A stretch of DNA of 64,000 bases from Cetorhinus maximus. Its lineage: Eukaryota. The position numbers were made by a program, and so were the translations under genes. The notes below the pieces were generated by a model. The model saw only the letters and a list, made by a program, of their open reading frames with translations, was not told the origin of the DNA and ran no database searches. Positions within the stretch are counted from its first letter, which is position 1, and every line of letters begins with the position of its first letter. Below, one piece after another: positions 63,291 through 64,000 of this stretch. The DNA lies in contig NC_135898.1 of NCBI RefSeq assembly GCF_964194155.1, positions 80,600,001-80,664,000 of the forward strand, given 5' to 3'.

Positions 63291-64000
63291 AAAAAAATGA
63301 ACTGTCATAATTTAAAAAGACAGCTTCATTTTCTGAACCCATCTTACATTAATTCCTATATTTATTACACTGTTACATTACCAGATGCATACATGAGCAC
63401 AATTACAAATCCTTGGTGTCAACAGAAATCATTCCAGTCCAGCGTCCAGGCGAGTGTCCCGATGTCATTGCGCACGCGCACGATATTTCGCTCGGCAGGC
63501 CTGTGCGAGAGTCGACAGCGCGCCCGCTGACAATCAAGAGGCCTATTAAGGCCATTAACCCATCAATTGATTTGTATTTCCTGCTGCCTGTCCAACTTTA
63601 CGGTTGGCGGGTGAGAGAATATGCCAAGCGGCCTTTGCATTTTTTAGGAAGCTCCATCCATGGGAGGGATGAGGTTTCAGACAGTAATTTTAAAAAATTA
63701 AAAATATTAAACATCATTTTTAACATGTCCCTGTTCATGTGACTGAGTCACATGTGGGGACGTTTCCATTATTTTAAAAATCTTTACTTTCTCATTGTAA
63801 AATTCTTCAGCTCCCTGAGGCAGCTCCTCCTCCCCCCTCCCCCGGCAGTGCTGAGGATCTCAGCGCGCGTTTCACACTTGCTGGCCATTAATTGCCATTC
63901 CTAGGCCTGCCCGCTACGTCTGCCCAAAGAAGGAAAAATCCTGCCCTTTATTTCACACTTCCAAACCCAATATAAGTTTGCCCAGGCTGTTTTCTCATAT

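Noticed and set aside
63420-63950. CpG-rich segment as possible promoter or exon
   Set aside because: Lies in a lipase intron, no splice-supported ORF; more likely an unclassified interspersed repeat that cannot be identified from this window.

Overview
Vertebrate genomic DNA, most likely a cartilaginous fish (inferred from the repeat content: CR1 LINEs, Deu-domain SINEs, Penelope-like elements and a dispersed 69-bp satellite). Four intron-containing genes were reconstructed by hand from GT-AG sites with consistent phases: (1) the 5' part of PDCD11/RRP5 (minus strand, 12 coding exons, 15917 to 805, continuing off the left edge); (2) ATP5MK/USMG5 (plus strand, 61 aa, absent from the ORF track), head-to-head with PDCD11 across a CCAAT-rich bidirectional promoter; (3) complete TAF5 (minus strand, 10 coding exons, 783 aa); (4) the first two coding exons of a pancreatic lipase family gene (plus strand). 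Most of the rest is retroelements and tandem repeats. Most notable: a Penelope-like element with ~1-kb inverted arms nested in a CR1 nested in another CR1; five minimal hammerhead-ribozyme-like motifs with compensatory helix-II changes, carried by that element and by 140-200-bp derivatives, one of which sits inside the PDCD11/ATP5MK promoter; a 1.1-kb inverted duplication bracketing TAF5 exon 2; and tandem repeats that supply or duplicate splice signals. Comparisons with human genes are from memory and were not searched.
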